64,000 nt of DNA from Nitrospirota bacterium (lineage in GTDB: Bacteria; Nitrospirota; UBA9217). The stretch spans positions 160,001 through 224,000 of the forward strand of contig CAWBNQ010000005.1 of assembly GCA_963790205.1 (NCBI GenBank), in the 5' to 3' direction. Below the pieces are notes generated by a model. That model made no database searches. It had not been told where the DNA came from and saw only the letters and a program-made list of their open reading frames with translations. A program made the translations under genes and the position numbers. This document shows positions 10,026-21,028 of the stretch, one piece after another (the stretch's first letter is position 1; each line of letters begins with the position of its first letter).

Positions 10026-11186
10026 TCACCTTTTCCCGGACGTCAGGGCATGATGAACCGTGTCTATTACGTCTTCCACATCCTTCTCCGTCAGTTTCGC
10101 GGATATCGGCAGGCTTACCGTTCTCCTCCCGATGCCCATTGCGTGAGGATAGTCCTCAGGCTTCCATCCGAAGGTCTGTTGATAGTACGGGTGCTCGGGA
10201 ATGCTCAGGTAGTGGACGCCGATGCCGATGTTTTCTTTGGTCATGGCATTTAAAAAAGCGTCACGGCTTATGTTGGTCTTTCGTTCATCGATCATGATCG
10301 TGTACAGGTGGTAGGCGTGCCGGGTGTTCGGTTCTGGACCGGCCGGCAGGCCGATCGGCAGATCTGCAAAGGCTTCATTGTACTGTTTCCATACCTCCTG
10401 CCGCCGCTGCCAGTACTGGTCTATGCGCTTCAGTTGATGTATGCCGATGGCCGCCTGGATGTCCATCATGTTGTACTTGAACCCGCACTCAACAACCTGA
10501 TAATGCTTGTAGCCTTCGTCGCTGAACCGTTTCCAGGCGTCCTTGCTCATGCCGTGCAGACCGAGTACCTTGATCCGTGCTATATCTTCTTCGCGTCGGG
10601 TGAGCACCATGCCACCCTCGCCGGTGACGATGTTTTTCGTGACATAGAACGAGAAGCAGCCAAAGTCGCCGAAGGTGCCAGCTTTCCCGCCCTTATATTC
10701 CGTTTCGATGGCATGGGCGCAGTCCTCGATGACCTTGAGATCATGGCGCTTTGCGATGTCCATGATCGCGTCCATATCGCAGGGTCGGCCGGCAAAATGG
10801 ACCGGCAAAATTGCACGGGTCTTCTTCGTGATCTTTTTCTCGATCTGGTGCGGATCGATATTCATGGTGACCAGGTCGATGTCGGCAAGCACAGGTACGG
10901 CATCGGCATGAATCACGGCATTCACCGTGGCGCAGAAGGTCATGGGAGTGGTGATTACTTCATCGCCCGGTTTGAGACCGGCCGCTAGAATGCTGAGATG
11001 GAGCGCAGCGGTACACGAGTTGAGGGCAGCGGCATATTTTGCCCCTTTGTAGGCCGCAAAATCGCGTTCGAACTGGGCGACTTTGGGGCCGGTGCCGAGC
11101 CATCCGCTTTTCATGCTGTCGATAACTTCGTCAATTTCTGCGTCTTCTATTTTGGGAGCACCAAATATCAGAAAAGGATCTCTCAT
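10026..11186 (-). CDS. DegT/DnrJ family PLP sugar aminotransferase
   Basis: SGWLGTGP, NSCTAALH, IEDCAHA, SFYVTKNIVTGEGG, GFKYNMMD. Confidence 0.92.
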   Translation of the reverse strand: MRDPFLIFGAPKIEDAEIDEVIDSMKSGWLGTGPKVAQFERDFAAYKGAKYAAALNSCTAALHLSILAAGLKPGDEVITTPMTFCATVNAVIHADAVPVLADIDLVTMNIDPHQIEKKITKKTRAILPVHFAGRPCDMDAIMDIAKRHDLKVIEDCAHAIETEYKGGKAGTFGDFGCFSFYVTKNIVTGEGGMVLTRREEDIARIKVLGLHGMSKDAWKRFSDEGYKHYQVVECGFKYNMMDIQAAIGIHQLKRIDQYWQRRQEVWKQYNEAFADLPIGLPAGPEPNTRHAYHLYTIMIDERKTNISRDAFLNAMTKENIGIGVHYLSIPEHPYYQQTFGWKPEDYPHAMGIGRRTVSLPISAKLTEKDVEDVIDTVHHALTSGKR

Positions 11187-11236
11187 CGAACGAATTGTCC
11201 TCTTTCACGAAAAATGTTCAAAAAACAGGGTTTGCT

Positions 11237-12208
11237 TCAATGCTGGTTTTTATAGGCGGCATATGTTGATATGATTCCCTCGTTCAAGCTGGTCGTCGGC
11301 TTCCAGCCAAGAGAAAGAATCTTTGATATATTAAGAAGTTTTTTCGGCGTCCCATCCGGTTTGGTCCTGTCGTTGATAATTTCTCCGTCGAAACCCACGA
11401 TCCCCTTTACCAGTTCGGCCAGGTCTTTTATCCTGATGTCCTGCCCCGTCCCTATGTTGATGAATTCGCCGACGTCCCGGTAATCATACTTTTCCATCAG
11501 GAATACGCAAGCCTCCGCGAGGTCGTCAACGTACAGAAATTCACGATAGGATTCGCCGGTGCCCCAGAGCACAACAGGCTGAGCTGAACTCTCAGCCTTA
11601 ACCCCGGCCTCGACCTGTTCCATCCTCAGCTTTGCTTCATGGAACTTCCTGATCAGCGCGGGAAGAACATGCGAGGTCTCAAGATCGAAATTGTCTTCGG
11701 GCCCGTAAAGGTTGGTCGGCATAACCGATATATAATTCGTCCCGTACTGTTCGTTGTAATATCTGCAAAGCTTGATCGCTGCGATCTTTGCGATCGCATA
11801 GGGCTCATTGGTCGGTTCGAGAAGACCGGACAACAAGTGTTCTTCCTTCATCGGCTGCGGCGCGAACTTCGGGTAGATGCACGATGAGCCGAGGTTCAGA
11901 AGTTTTTTAGCGCCGGTCTTGTACGCAGCATTGATCACATTGGCCGCGATCATGAGGTTGTCGTAAATGAATTGCGCTTTATACGTGTCGTTCGCGAGGA
12001 TGCCTCCCACTTTGGCGGCCGCCAGGAATACATATTCCGGCTTTTCATGAGCGAAGAACGCTTCGACGTCAGCCTGGCGACGAAGGTCCAGTTCCTTGGA
12101 AGTTTTTACAACCAGGTTGCGGTAACCGTTTTCTTGAAGTTTCCTAACGAGGGAGGAGCCGACAAGACCGCGATGACCGGCAATGTAAATTTTGGAATCC
12201 TTGTTCAT
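11237..12208 (-). CDS. fcl: GDP-L-fucose synthase
   Basis: [49 protein letters not shown] overlap with the gmd stop. Confidence 0.95.
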   Translation of the reverse strand: MNKDSKIYIAGHRGLVGSSLVRKLQENGYRNLVVKTSKELDLRRQADVEAFFAHEKPEYVFLAAAKVGGILANDTYKAQFIYDNLMIAANVINAAYKTGAKKLLNLGSSCIYPKFAPQPMKEEHLLSGLLEPTNEPYAIAKIAAIKLCRYYNEQYGTNYISVMPTNLYGPEDNFDLETSHVLPALIRKFHEAKLRMEQVEAGVKAESSAQPVVLWGTGESYREFLYVDDLAEACVFLMEKYDYRDVGEFINIGTGQDIRIKDLAELVKGIVGFDGEIINDRTKPDGTPKKLLNISKILSLGWKPTTSLNEGIISTYAAYKNQH

Positions 12209-13338
12209 ATTTGTTTGTTCTTGGTCCAATGGATGCCTTTATCATGGAGGATTTTTTTGCTTTCTCCGGGACATGCATGATTGATAATTTCCAGATCGGC
12301 ATCCACCATGATCTTCACGAGTTCCTTGAACGTGATCTTCGGCACCCAGCCCAGCTTTTTCTTTGCATGGGAGGCGTCGGCGAGAAGAAAATCCACTTCC
12401 GTGGGACGGAAATACCGGGGGTCGATCTCGATGAGGACGGAACCTGGTTTTAAGGTTGAGGATGAGGGTAAGGATGAGGATAGGGAACGAACGATCCCCT
12501 TTTCCGCCGTGCCCTTCCCTTTCCACTCGAGCTCAACGCCGGCATAGCTGAAAGCGGACTCCACGAATTCCCGCACCGTGTGGCTTTCTCCGGTCCCGAT
12601 CACAAAATCCTCGGGCTTATCCTGCTGGAGCATGAGCCACTGGCACTCCACATATTCAGGCGCAAAGCCCCAGTCCCTCTTTGCGTCCAGGTTGCCGAGG
12701 TAGAGCTTCTCCTGTTTGCCGGCGAGGATGGCTGCCACGGCCCTCGTGATCTTTCTGGTCACGAAGGTTTCTCCGCGGCGGGGCGATTCGTGGTTGAAGA
12801 GTATCCCGTTGCAGGCGAAGAGATTATACCCTTCGCGGTAGTTGACGGTGATCCAGTAGGCGTATACCTTTGCCGCGGCGTAAGGGCTGCGGGGGTAGAA
12901 GACGGTATGTTCGTTTTGCGGCGGCTTTGCCGCCCCGAACATCTCGGATGACGACGCCTGGTAGTATTTCGCCTTGGTACCGCTCAGGCGGATGCTTTCG
13001 AGGAGCCTTGTGGCGCCGAGACCGACGATGTCTCCCGTGTACTCGGGCATGTCGAAGCTCACGCGGACGTGGCTTTGGGCAGCGAGGTTGTAGACTTCAT
13101 CGGGTTTGATATTATAGATGATGTGGGTAAGCTGCCCGCCGTCGGAAAGGTCCCCGTAGTGCAAAAAAAGTTTTGTGCCGCGAACATGGGGGTCCGTATA
13201 AACGTGGTCTATTCTTCCCGTATTGAAGGTGCTCGCGCGGCGTATGAGTCCGTGGACTTCGTATCCCTTGGATAAAAGCAACTCGGCAAGATATGAGCCG
13301 TCTTGGCCGGTGATTCCCGTGATAAGAGCTCGTTTCAA
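12205..13338 (-). CDS. gmd: GDP-mannose 4,6-dehydratase
   Basis: [46 protein letters not shown] start after an AGGGAGG RBS. Confidence 0.97.
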   Translation of the reverse strand: MKRALITGITGQDGSYLAELLLSKGYEVHGLIRRASTFNTGRIDHVYTDPHVRGTKLFLHYGDLSDGGQLTHIIYNIKPDEVYNLAAQSHVRVSFDMPEYTGDIVGLGATRLLESIRLSGTKAKYYQASSSEMFGAAKPPQNEHTVFYPRSPYAAAKVYAYWITVNYREGYNLFACNGILFNHESPRRGETFVTRKITRAVAAILAGKQEKLYLGNLDAKRDWGFAPEYVECQWLMLQQDKPEDFVIGTGESHTVREFVESAFSYAGVELEWKGKGTAEKGIVRSLSSSLPSSSTLKPGSVLIEIDPRYFRPTEVDFLLADASHAKKKLGWVPKITFKELVKIMVDADLEIINHACPGESKKILHDKGIHWTKNKQI

Positions 13339-13701
13339 GATATCCTCCCTGCGGCGCAAAATTCAGTTCACGGCAGTCGCCCATGCCCCGGCTTTTCCGT
13401 AAAAACGTCTTTTCTGACGTACTATAAGCGATGAATATTACAGTATTATTTCCAAAAAGTAAAGGTTTTATTGCGCACATTTGCGCTTGCAATTTGACTC
13501 AGGTTGTACTATGCTGATTGCTGTCAGTCTTGGCAGAGGCGCAGCGGCTACGGCTGGATCGTTGCGGCTTAATACTACCCGTCAGCGGCTTAGCTTATAC
13601 GAAGCGCTGAAAAACATCATAAAACTCGTCTTGAAAACAGATAATACGCCTTTTATATCTATATCGCTGGATTTCCGCAACGGTTGGAACAGGGGAGCAC
13701 G

Positions 13702-15150
13702 GTGACCAACAGTTTTAAGGATTTCTCAAAAGTGGTTTTGCTTCTTTTCATCGACGCACTGGCCTTTTACAGTTCCCTGGTTCTCGCTTTTTACTCACGC
13801 GCCTTCCTGAATACGGTCTTCCCGGGCATAATTGCTTTCGACGTTTCCCTGCAATTCTTTCTGAAGATCTGGTGGCTGCCCGCCATCGTCCTGTCCTTTT
13901 TTGCCTCCGAGAGACTGTATAACAAAAAACTCCCTTTCTGGGACGAGACCAGGGAACTCGTGAAAGCGGTAACGATTTCGACGATCACCGTGCTCGCCCT
14001 TATAACGCTCGGAAAAATGACGGACCGGATCTCCCGGTTGACCGTGCTGTTTTTGTGGGGCTACGGCTTGTTCCTGTTCCCTCTTTTCCGGTTGATCGGG
14101 AAACGGATTCTCTACAAATTGGGCCTTTGGAAAGAGAACGTGATCATCATCGGCGCCGGAAGTGCCGGCATTTTAGCGGCCAAAGGAATACATTCCGAGC
14201 TCTTTCTCGGCTACAACCTCATCGGTTTTTTGGACGACGCCGACAACAAAATAGGCACGGAAATAGTGATCAACGGAAAGCCGTACAAGGTCTTCGGGAA
14301 AACGAAAAATTTCACAAAATTCGTCAATCTCCTGAATATATCCACGATCATCATCGCCCTCCCCTCCCTTCCCGTGGACGAGCTGGCTGACCTTACGAAC
14401 AACATTCAGAAGCACGCCAAGAACATCCTGCTCATCCCCGACGTAAAAGGGATCGCGCTTACCAACACCGAACTCTATCACCTGTTCGTGCAGCAGCTTT
14501 TTCTTCTGAAGATCAACAACAACCTCAAGTCCCCTTTCAACAGGCTCATCAAAAGGACCTTCGACATGACCGTCTCGGTCCTTTTCCTGCCCGTGCTCCT
14601 TCCTCTCATCGGAGTGCTTGGGCTCCTTATAAAACTCGATTCTCCCGGCCCGGTCTTTTACCGGCATACGAGAATCGGCCGGGGCGGACAGCCGTTCGGC
14701 GTATACAAGTTTCGCAGCATGTACCGGGACTCCGGGGAACGCCTCGAAAAGATACTCCAAACTGATCCGGCCGCGCGAGCGGAATGGGACGCCTATTTTA
14801 AACTGAAGAATGACCCGCGCGTAACGCGCATGGGCGCCTTTCTGAGAAAGACGTCGCTTGATGAACTCCCGCAGATATTTAATGTGTTGAAAAGCGAGAT
14901 GAGCCTTGTCGGGCCGCGGCCGGTGATCGCAGAGGAAATAACCACGTACTATAAGGAGTGCGCTGATTACTACCACATGGTGCGGCCGGGGATCACCGGC
15001 TTATGGCAGGTGAGCGGCCGCAACGACGTGGATTATGAGAACCGGGTCAGGCTGGACATGTGGTATGCGCTTAACTGGTCCCTGTGGCTCGACGTCCTCA
15101 TGCTGTTTAAAACGATCAGGGTGGTGCTGAAGCGTGAGGGGGCGTATTGA
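13702..15150 (+). CDS. wbaP: Undecaprenyl-phosphate sugar phosphotransferase (WbaP family)
   Basis: N-terminal TMs, then [42 protein letters not shown]. Confidence 0.92.
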   Translation: MTNSFKDFSKVVLLLFIDALAFYSSLVLAFYSRAFLNTVFPGIIAFDVSLQFFLKIWWLPAIVLSFFASERLYNKKLPFWDETRELVKAVTISTITVLALITLGKMTDRISRLTVLFLWGYGLFLFPLFRLIGKRILYKLGLWKENVIIIGAGSAGILAAKGIHSELFLGYNLIGFLDDADNKIGTEIVINGKPYKVFGKTKNFTKFVNLLNISTIIIALPSLPVDELADLTNNIQKHAKNILLIPDVKGIALTNTELYHLFVQQLFLLKINNNLKSPFNRLIKRTFDMTVSVLFLPVLLPLIGVLGLLIKLDSPGPVFYRHTRIGRGGQPFGVYKFRSMYRDSGERLEKILQTDPAARAEWDAYFKLKNDPRVTRMGAFLRKTSLDELPQIFNVLKSEMSLVGPRPVIAEEITTYYKECADYYHMVRPGITGLWQVSGRNDVDYENRVRLDMWYALNWSLWLDVLMLFKTIRVVLKREGAY

Positions 15151-15380
15151 AAAGCGGGAAATTGGGAAGATATGAAGTTTTGATGAACTCGCAGTAAGTC
15201 AAGACTGGCCACAAAATGCACAAAGAGCACAAAGGTAAAACCTTGAAACCCCAAAGAACTTTTCTGAGCCTTTTGTGACTTTTGTGGCTAAAAAAGACTT
15301 TTTACGAATCTATCAAGTTTTGAAGACGGGAACTTGGAAACCGGGAGCGGGTTCCCATCTTCTCATCTTCACAATTTCAC
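15150..15380. repeat. Nested palindromic elements: 8-mer array, MITE-like 21-bp inverted repeats and 9-mer palindrome
   Basis: Imperfect IRs at 15180-15200 and 15296-15316 with AAGTTTTGA repeated at both ends; internal GCACAAA/TTTGTG 9-mer arms; outer 8-mer arrays. Confidence 0.7.
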
Positions 15381-16654
15381 ATTTTTTCGGTCTTCACGGA
15401 ATTTCTCACACAGACTCCCATCACGAACCCAAACACATATCTCAGTATCTGGATATTAAAGAACGAATCCGTCATTCCCGCAATCATATAGTGCACGACG
15501 GTCGCCGTTGCCAGGAACGCGAAAAGTCTTTCACTCCCGTCGGATTTCAAGAGCGGCACGGAAAACCGCAAAACCCGGTAAAAGACATACAGCAATGCCG
15601 ACAGCCCCACAAGCCCGTTCGTAGCCAGGGTAAAGAGATACATATTGTGCGGCTGGTTGAACTGGGCAAGATACGCCGGGAACTCACCCGAGGCCAGGTA
15701 GCGGTTCATCGTGGAGACATAATCGCCGGTGCCCACGCCGAAGAGCGGATTGCTGAGGAACATCCTGAATGCCGCCTTCCACATGAGGAACCGTTCTCCG
15801 ACATCGGTAGAGGCCTGGCCTGCCAGAAAGAGCGAAATATCGCCTGAAATCCTGTTCACCCTCATATGAACGATCCCGTTGAAAAGGTACAACAGGACGG
15901 CGCCGCCGATGACCGCAGCAAGCAGGATGAAGTATGTTTTTTTCTTTTTGACGCACAGGTAAGCGAGAAGGATCACCGTGATGAGCATGCCGAGCCACGC
16001 CGAACGCGATGCCGAGAGCAGCACCGAGGCCCCGTCGAGGATGACAAACGAGATCAGAAAGGCCTTTTTACGGATGCCGGCCGGCCGGCGCGGGAAAAGC
16101 AGAATGCCCGCCGCAGCATACATGCCCGTTGCGTTCAGATTGGCAAACCAGATGTGATGGAGGTTCAGCAGCGGCGTGATCGAGCGGGCGATCCGGTTGT
16201 CGCCGGCGATTCCCAGGTAGGACGGGACGGCGATGACGTCAAGCGCGAATATGCCGGCAAGAAAGGCCAGCAGCAGGCGTTCGGCAACGCCGGGTTCTCC
16301 CTTCCCGGTCCCGATCCAATCGAGCAGCACGGAAACCATGATATACACAAGGAATAAACCGAACAACTTATTGACGATCCCGACCCCGTCCCGCATGGTT
16401 TCCGTGAACAGCAGGCCTATCACCGCGGCGGACAAAAACAGCGCGAGGGGAAGCAGGAGCGGCTGGCTCCAGCTCTTCACGACGGCCGTTCTGAATTCAC
16501 GTTGATAGATCGCGAGCGCGACGACATACAGCAGCAGGAGAGCGAGGAGGATGTTCGCTGCGCTTTTTGACAGGGCCAGGCTCAGGCTGAACAGCAAAAG
16601 ACCTCCGGCGATCACGACCTGGTTCCTATGCGATTGAAAAGAAATATCCTTCAT
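15377..16654 (-). CDS. waaL: O-antigen ligase family protein
   Basis: Multi-TM; SRSAWLG, ERFLMWKAA, PLFGVG, PHNMYL motifs. Confidence 0.88.
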   Translation of the reverse strand: MKDISFQSHRNQVVIAGGLLLFSLSLALSKSAANILLALLLLYVVALAIYQREFRTAVVKSWSQPLLLPLALFLSAAVIGLLFTETMRDGVGIVNKLFGLFLVYIMVSVLLDWIGTGKGEPGVAERLLLAFLAGIFALDVIAVPSYLGIAGDNRIARSITPLLNLHHIWFANLNATGMYAAAGILLFPRRPAGIRKKAFLISFVILDGASVLLSASRSAWLGMLITVILLAYLCVKKKKTYFILLAAVIGGAVLLYLFNGIVHMRVNRISGDISLFLAGQASTDVGERFLMWKAAFRMFLSNPLFGVGTGDYVSTMNRYLASGEFPAYLAQFNQPHNMYLFTLATNGLVGLSALLYVFYRVLRFSVPLLKSDGSERLFAFLATATVVHYMIAGMTDSFFNIQILRYVFGFVMGVCVRNSVKTEKM

Positions 16655-16748
16655 TGCTGTTCTCCTGATGCCCTGGGAATCGTTTTTTCACCTTCACCCC
16701 GCCGGAACTCCCCGCCTGGTTCGTATTGCGGCAACCAGGCGCTTCATA

Positions 16749-17429
16749 CTAGAAACAGGTGCCGATGAAATTCCTGCCCCTGTATTTCGCCCGCAGATAT
16801 TCCAGCGAAGCATGAAAATCCCGTGAGGTATCGCCGAAACTCATATGTTTGGCGCCTATTTGCACCGCCCTGGTCCTGACCCCGTAGGTGTACCGCGCAT
16901 TCAGCGAAAAATCCTCCGAATAAAGATGGAAATCAAGATGTTCATCGAACCGCAGTTCGTACCTTTTTATCAGCGACGAGTGGACGATGAGGCAGCAGCA
17001 GTCGACTGTCTCAACGAGCTGCGGCCTGTCAAGACGGATGCCGTGCTGAAAAAAAATATTGTCGTTTCTGGCCTGTTGGATCTGTCCCAGGAGTACTTTT
17101 TTTGAAAAAGAGAGGTTGCCATGTCTGAAATAGATGCCTCTCTTCTTCGCGGCGCCGATGGGGCCGTAGATGCCCGTTCTGTCAAGGTCTCGTATGCGGA
17201 GATAGGGGTCTTCCGAAAACCCGAAATCCTGATGGCAAAAAATCAGCCAGGCGTCGTCGTTCATGTGATGATCGATAAAATGGTTGTACCGTTTCGGGAT
17301 GCCGATGTTCTCGCGGGTGTTGTCGTAAGCCCGGGTCGGGAACCCGTTCATGCACGTGTTCTTCCCGATCATGGACCCGAATATCTCGAAATTGCTCACA
17401 ACGCATATGATCTGGATAGCTTTGTTCAT
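16749..17429 (-). CDS. Glycosyltransferase-like protein (GT2-like)
   Basis: IFCHQD, VETVDCCCL, RFDE..FHLYSEDFSL. Confidence 0.7.
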   Translation of the reverse strand: MNKAIQIICVVSNFEIFGSMIGKNTCMNGFPTRAYDNTRENIGIPKRYNHFIDHHMNDDAWLIFCHQDFGFSEDPYLRIRDLDRTGIYGPIGAAKKRGIYFRHGNLSFSKKVLLGQIQQARNDNIFFQHGIRLDRPQLVETVDCCCLIVHSSLIKRYELRFDEHLDFHLYSEDFSLNARYTYGVRTRAVQIGAKHMSFGDTSRDFHASLEYLRAKYRGRNFIGTCF

Positions 17430-17491
17430 GGTCTTACCCGTCCACACGCCGCGATTGCCGGCCCATGCCCCGCTGCAGCGCCGCCTGTCAT

Positions 17492-18754
17492 CTAAGTCGT
17501 CTTTATTCCTCCGGGGACGCTCTCGGCCTCATACTGGAACAACGAACGATACAAGGGATTGGCTCTTAAGCGCACAGGCACCAGGCTCATCGGAATCCGC
17601 CCGTAGCGCCTTGCTCCTGTAAGCGTGTATGCATAAGCCGTCTGAGAAAGCTGCACACCCTTCTGATCGACAAAGCGGTAGGTCAAGGCAGAGGCGATCA
17701 GTATGACCGGCATTGTTGTCAGGAACATCACCAGGAATGCCGAATGATATGAAAGATGGGGCGCAACAAAACAAAAAATGGCGCAGCCCAGGGAGCTGAT
17801 CAGTAAAAAATGGAGGATATATACGGAGAAGGATATTTTTCCGAGAAAGACGAAAACGCTCCGGGAGAGAAGGGACTGCAGGTTCGGAAGATTCAAAAGC
17901 GCGAACATGACGAGACCGGCGCCCAGCATATGGTACGAGCGGGCGATGACCGGGAGTTTCATAAAGGCATACATCGTTCCCTCAGCCGACCTGCCCGCGG
18001 GATAAGACCCCAGAAAGAGTCCGGCCCCCAAAAGAATGAAATAGATTGCCCGGTATCTTTTTTTACCGAAGAGGTCCGGCCGGAGCGTAATAAGATCGCA
18101 GAGCATCATGCCCAGGACGAATGCGCCATAAGGCCTGTGCCTGAACAAGACCAGGGCGAGTGCATACCCCAGGTAACGCCGCTTCTCGTTTCGAAACAGC
18201 GCCACGAACAAAAAAACCAGTACGGAGCCGAAAAACTCGAACGTCATGGTCCAGAGCACGCCGTTATACGTGGCCTGATGCCTGAAAAAAGAGCCGATGA
18301 ACGCTTCATACAGGGCTGTCAGGAGGTTCGGCTCGAATTGCAAATAGCCGCGGAGCCAACCGGACCGGGTTATGATGCCGGCAGGCTGGTTGTAAAGCAG
18401 CGAAAAACGCAACAGTAAAAAGGACAGAAGAATAGAAATGAATACCGGAGGGAGGAGCCGAACGTATCTCTTGACGGTAAGAGGGAGGAGATATACCGGG
18501 AGAGCCCGGTTCTTAAAAAATTTATAAGCCAGCACAAATCCGCTCAGGATAAAAAACAAAGCGACGGCAAAGGCCCCGTTATAGAACAGGTTCAAGGGGG
18601 TCCCTGAAATGAGCACCTCGATCCCTTTCTCCGTATGGACCGGTTCCGTTGCACCGAAAAACAATGCCGGGTAGAATGCTATGGCAAAATGATTGAACAC
18701 CACGATGAGCGCCGCCAGGCCGCGCAGACTTTCCAGATACCCTAACTTTTTCAC
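17492..18754 (-). CDS. Acyltransferase family 3 (membrane O-acetyltransferase)
   Basis: LESLRGLAA, VALFFILSGF, RYVRL, WTMTFE, LGKISFSVYILH. Confidence 0.9.
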   Translation of the reverse strand: MKKLGYLESLRGLAALIVVFNHFAIAFYPALFFGATEPVHTEKGIEVLISGTPLNLFYNGAFAVALFFILSGFVLAYKFFKNRALPVYLLPLTVKRYVRLLPPVFISILLSFLLLRFSLLYNQPAGIITRSGWLRGYLQFEPNLLTALYEAFIGSFFRHQATYNGVLWTMTFEFFGSVLVFLFVALFRNEKRRYLGYALALVLFRHRPYGAFVLGMMLCDLITLRPDLFGKKRYRAIYFILLGAGLFLGSYPAGRSAEGTMYAFMKLPVIARSYHMLGAGLVMFALLNLPNLQSLLSRSVFVFLGKISFSVYILHFLLISSLGCAIFCFVAPHLSYHSAFLVMFLTTMPVILIASALTYRFVDQKGVQLSQTAYAYTLTGARRYGRIPMSLVPVRLRANPLYRSLFQYEAESVPGGIKTT

Positions 18755-18936
18755 TTTGTTACCTCGTTAAAATGGTTCCCGTCCGCATCCGGCTTCCAAG
18801 ACACTGTTCAGACTGCTCGGCGATACGGGGTGGAAATCTTTTCTGATCCCCGCGGACTTCTTCGTCCGTTTTCAGCTTCAATGCGATACTTCCCTCAGCT
18901 CACCGCGATGAATTTCCGGAATCGTTTGAAGAGTAC

Positions 18937-19884
18937 TCATCGGGGCAGACACATCGAAACAGGCTGTCCTCGCAGGTGCCAGAGAAACAGATATCCGAAC
19001 ATCAGCCACCGCCGCCTCAATCTTCCCGCCAGAAACAGCGTCAGAAGGTTCATGAGCGTGTATCCCGACAATCTCACCGCCGTTTGACCCAGTCCCAGGA
19101 CGACCAGCCCCTTTGCCCGGATCCCGTCCAGATGCATTGTTTTTATGAAATAGAGATACCGTGACCGCCAGGATTCAACGCGTGCTTTCAAATTGATGTT
19201 CCTGGTGCTCTGTCCGCCGAAATGGTATATCTCAATATCCGGAAGATGGTAAATGAGCCATCCTGCCTTGTTCAGCCGGTAGCACCAATCGATCTCTTCG
19301 TAAAAAAAGAAATAGTCCTCGTCCAGCATGCCCGCTTCGTCGATGGCGGATTTTCGTACGAACATGCAGGCCCCTATGATGAAGTCCACGGCGGCCGGCC
19401 CGCTGAACACGGGCTTCCGGGCCTGTTGTTTCCGGGAGGAGAAAAGCCGCACCATGCTTGCGCTGGTCAGTTCGCTCAGGAGCTCCGGGAAAACGCCCGT
19501 AGACGTCTGCCGTGAGCCGTCCCGGAAGAGCAGCTGGGGACCGCACATCCCCGCCCGCGGATGCGCTAGCATGAACGCCAGCATCCGGTCGAGGGCATGT
19601 TCTTTGAGGACCGTGTCGCTGTTCAGAAGGACCGCGTATTCGCCGGTCATGCGGCGGATGGCCGCGTTATTCGCCTTTGCAAAACCTTCATTACGGGTGT
19701 TTGCGATGATCGTCACGCCCGGGTACTTATCCGCAACGGCCTCGACGCTCCCGTCCGCGCTCCCATTGTCGACGACGAAGATCTCAAAAACCGCTTTGTG
19801 GACCGTGTCATATACCGACGCTATGCAGTCCAGCAGAAGCTGCCTCGTGTTCCAGTTGATGATTATTATGGAAATATCGACCAA
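18937..19884 (-). CDS. GT2 glycosyltransferase (rhamnosyltransferase-like)
   Basis: IINWN, VVDNGSADGS, GFAKANN, LLNSD, LDEDYFFFYEEIDWC. Confidence 0.9.
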   Translation of the reverse strand: MVDISIIIINWNTRQLLLDCIASVYDTVHKAVFEIFVVDNGSADGSVEAVADKYPGVTIIANTRNEGFAKANNAAIRRMTGEYAVLLNSDTVLKEHALDRMLAFMLAHPRAGMCGPQLLFRDGSRQTSTGVFPELLSELTSASMVRLFSSRKQQARKPVFSGPAAVDFIIGACMFVRKSAIDEAGMLDEDYFFFYEEIDWCYRLNKAGWLIYHLPDIEIYHFGGQSTRNINLKARVESWRSRYLYFIKTMHLDGIRAKGLVVLGLGQTAVRLSGYTLMNLLTLFLAGRLRRRWLMFGYLFLWHLRGQPVSMCLPR

Positions 19885-19902
19885 TGCGCGCCCTTGCCCC
19901 GA

Positions 19903-20979
19903 TTATTGTTTTATGGCACCGGCATATACGTGTGTAAGCTTTTCTCCGAACCGCGACAGCGAAAATTCGTCCTCTGCGGTCTTTTTGCACCGGTCCGACA
20001 GCGCCCGGTACTGCGCGGGGTCCCGCAGCAGGGCAACGACCTGGTCGGCAAGCGCGGAAACGCCCGCTTCCGGTCTGTATAAGAAGCCTGTACCGTACTC
20101 TTCGATCAATTCCGCGCCGCCCTCGCCTTCCCGCGCGATGACGGGCGTGCCGGCGGCCATGCCCTCCATGAGCACGACGCCCAGCGCTTCATTCTCCGAA
20201 GGAAGCACGGTAAAATGGCTTAAGGACAGGATCTCCGGCACCTCCGACGTCCAGCCCGTAAAATGGATATTGTCCCGGATGCCGAGCTCAACGCTCCTTC
20301 CGAGAAGCGCTTCGTAGTATTCGCCGTGAACCGGGTCTCCGATAAAAACGAGCAGCGGCCGCTCTCCTCTTTTTTTGCATTCGCTCACGAGTTCCAGAGA
20401 GACCAGATGCGCCTTCCTCGTAAGGAGGCTCGAAATATGACAGAAGACCGAACTGTAGCGGTCAACATGCAGCGCACCTTTCCAGACTTCGCGCTTTTTC
20501 TCGTCAGGCCGGGAAAAACGCTGCACATCGATGCCCGGCCGGATCACGAGGGTCTTCTTCCGCGGGACCCTGTTTTCGTCGAGCAAGGACCTCTGTTTAT
20601 TCGAAAGGGCGATCACCCGGTCCATAAAGCGGTAACCGATATGGCACCGGGGCACCATCATCGTGCTCACGACCGGGCAGCGGGTGAGCCATGAAAGGAT
20701 GAGCCCGAGATAGTCGGCGCGATCGAGCGTCGTGTGGATGACGTCTATACTACTGTTTTTGACGAGCCGCCGCAAGAACAGCACATCGCGTATGCCCTTC
20801 ATGGTGATCCCGTGACAGACGAGCCCCATGCCGCGGACCGAATCGGTAACATAGCCCTCGGTCCCCCGGGCGACTACGGTGACGTTGTGGCCCATAGCGT
20901 GAAGGGTCGCGACCTGGTCCAGGAATATCCTTTGCGCCCCGTACCGGTCGTTTTTCGATATCATCTGCAGAATATTCAT
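19903..20979 (-). CDS. GT4 glycosyltransferase
   Basis: EALGVVLME EX7E motif, GMAAGTPVI. Confidence 0.9.
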   Translation of the reverse strand: MNILQMISKNDRYGAQRIFLDQVATLHAMGHNVTVVARGTEGYVTDSVRGMGLVCHGITMKGIRDVLFLRRLVKNSSIDVIHTTLDRADYLGLILSWLTRCPVVSTMMVPRCHIGYRFMDRVIALSNKQRSLLDENRVPRKKTLVIRPGIDVQRFSRPDEKKREVWKGALHVDRYSSVFCHISSLLTRKAHLVSLELVSECKKRGERPLLVFIGDPVHGEYYEALLGRSVELGIRDNIHFTGWTSEVPEILSLSHFTVLPSENEALGVVLMEGMAAGTPVIAREGEGGAELIEEYGTGFLYRPEAGVSALADQVVALLRDPAQYRALSDRCKKTAEDEFSLSRFGEKLTHVYAGAIKQ

Positions 20980-21028
20980 GATCGTTTTTTTATATGACTA
21001 CCCTGAGTCCCACCGGTCGGCCGGGCAG

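Noticed and set aside
13360..13700. JUMPStart/ops element before the polysaccharide operon
   Set aside because: No GGCGGTAG core found on either strand.
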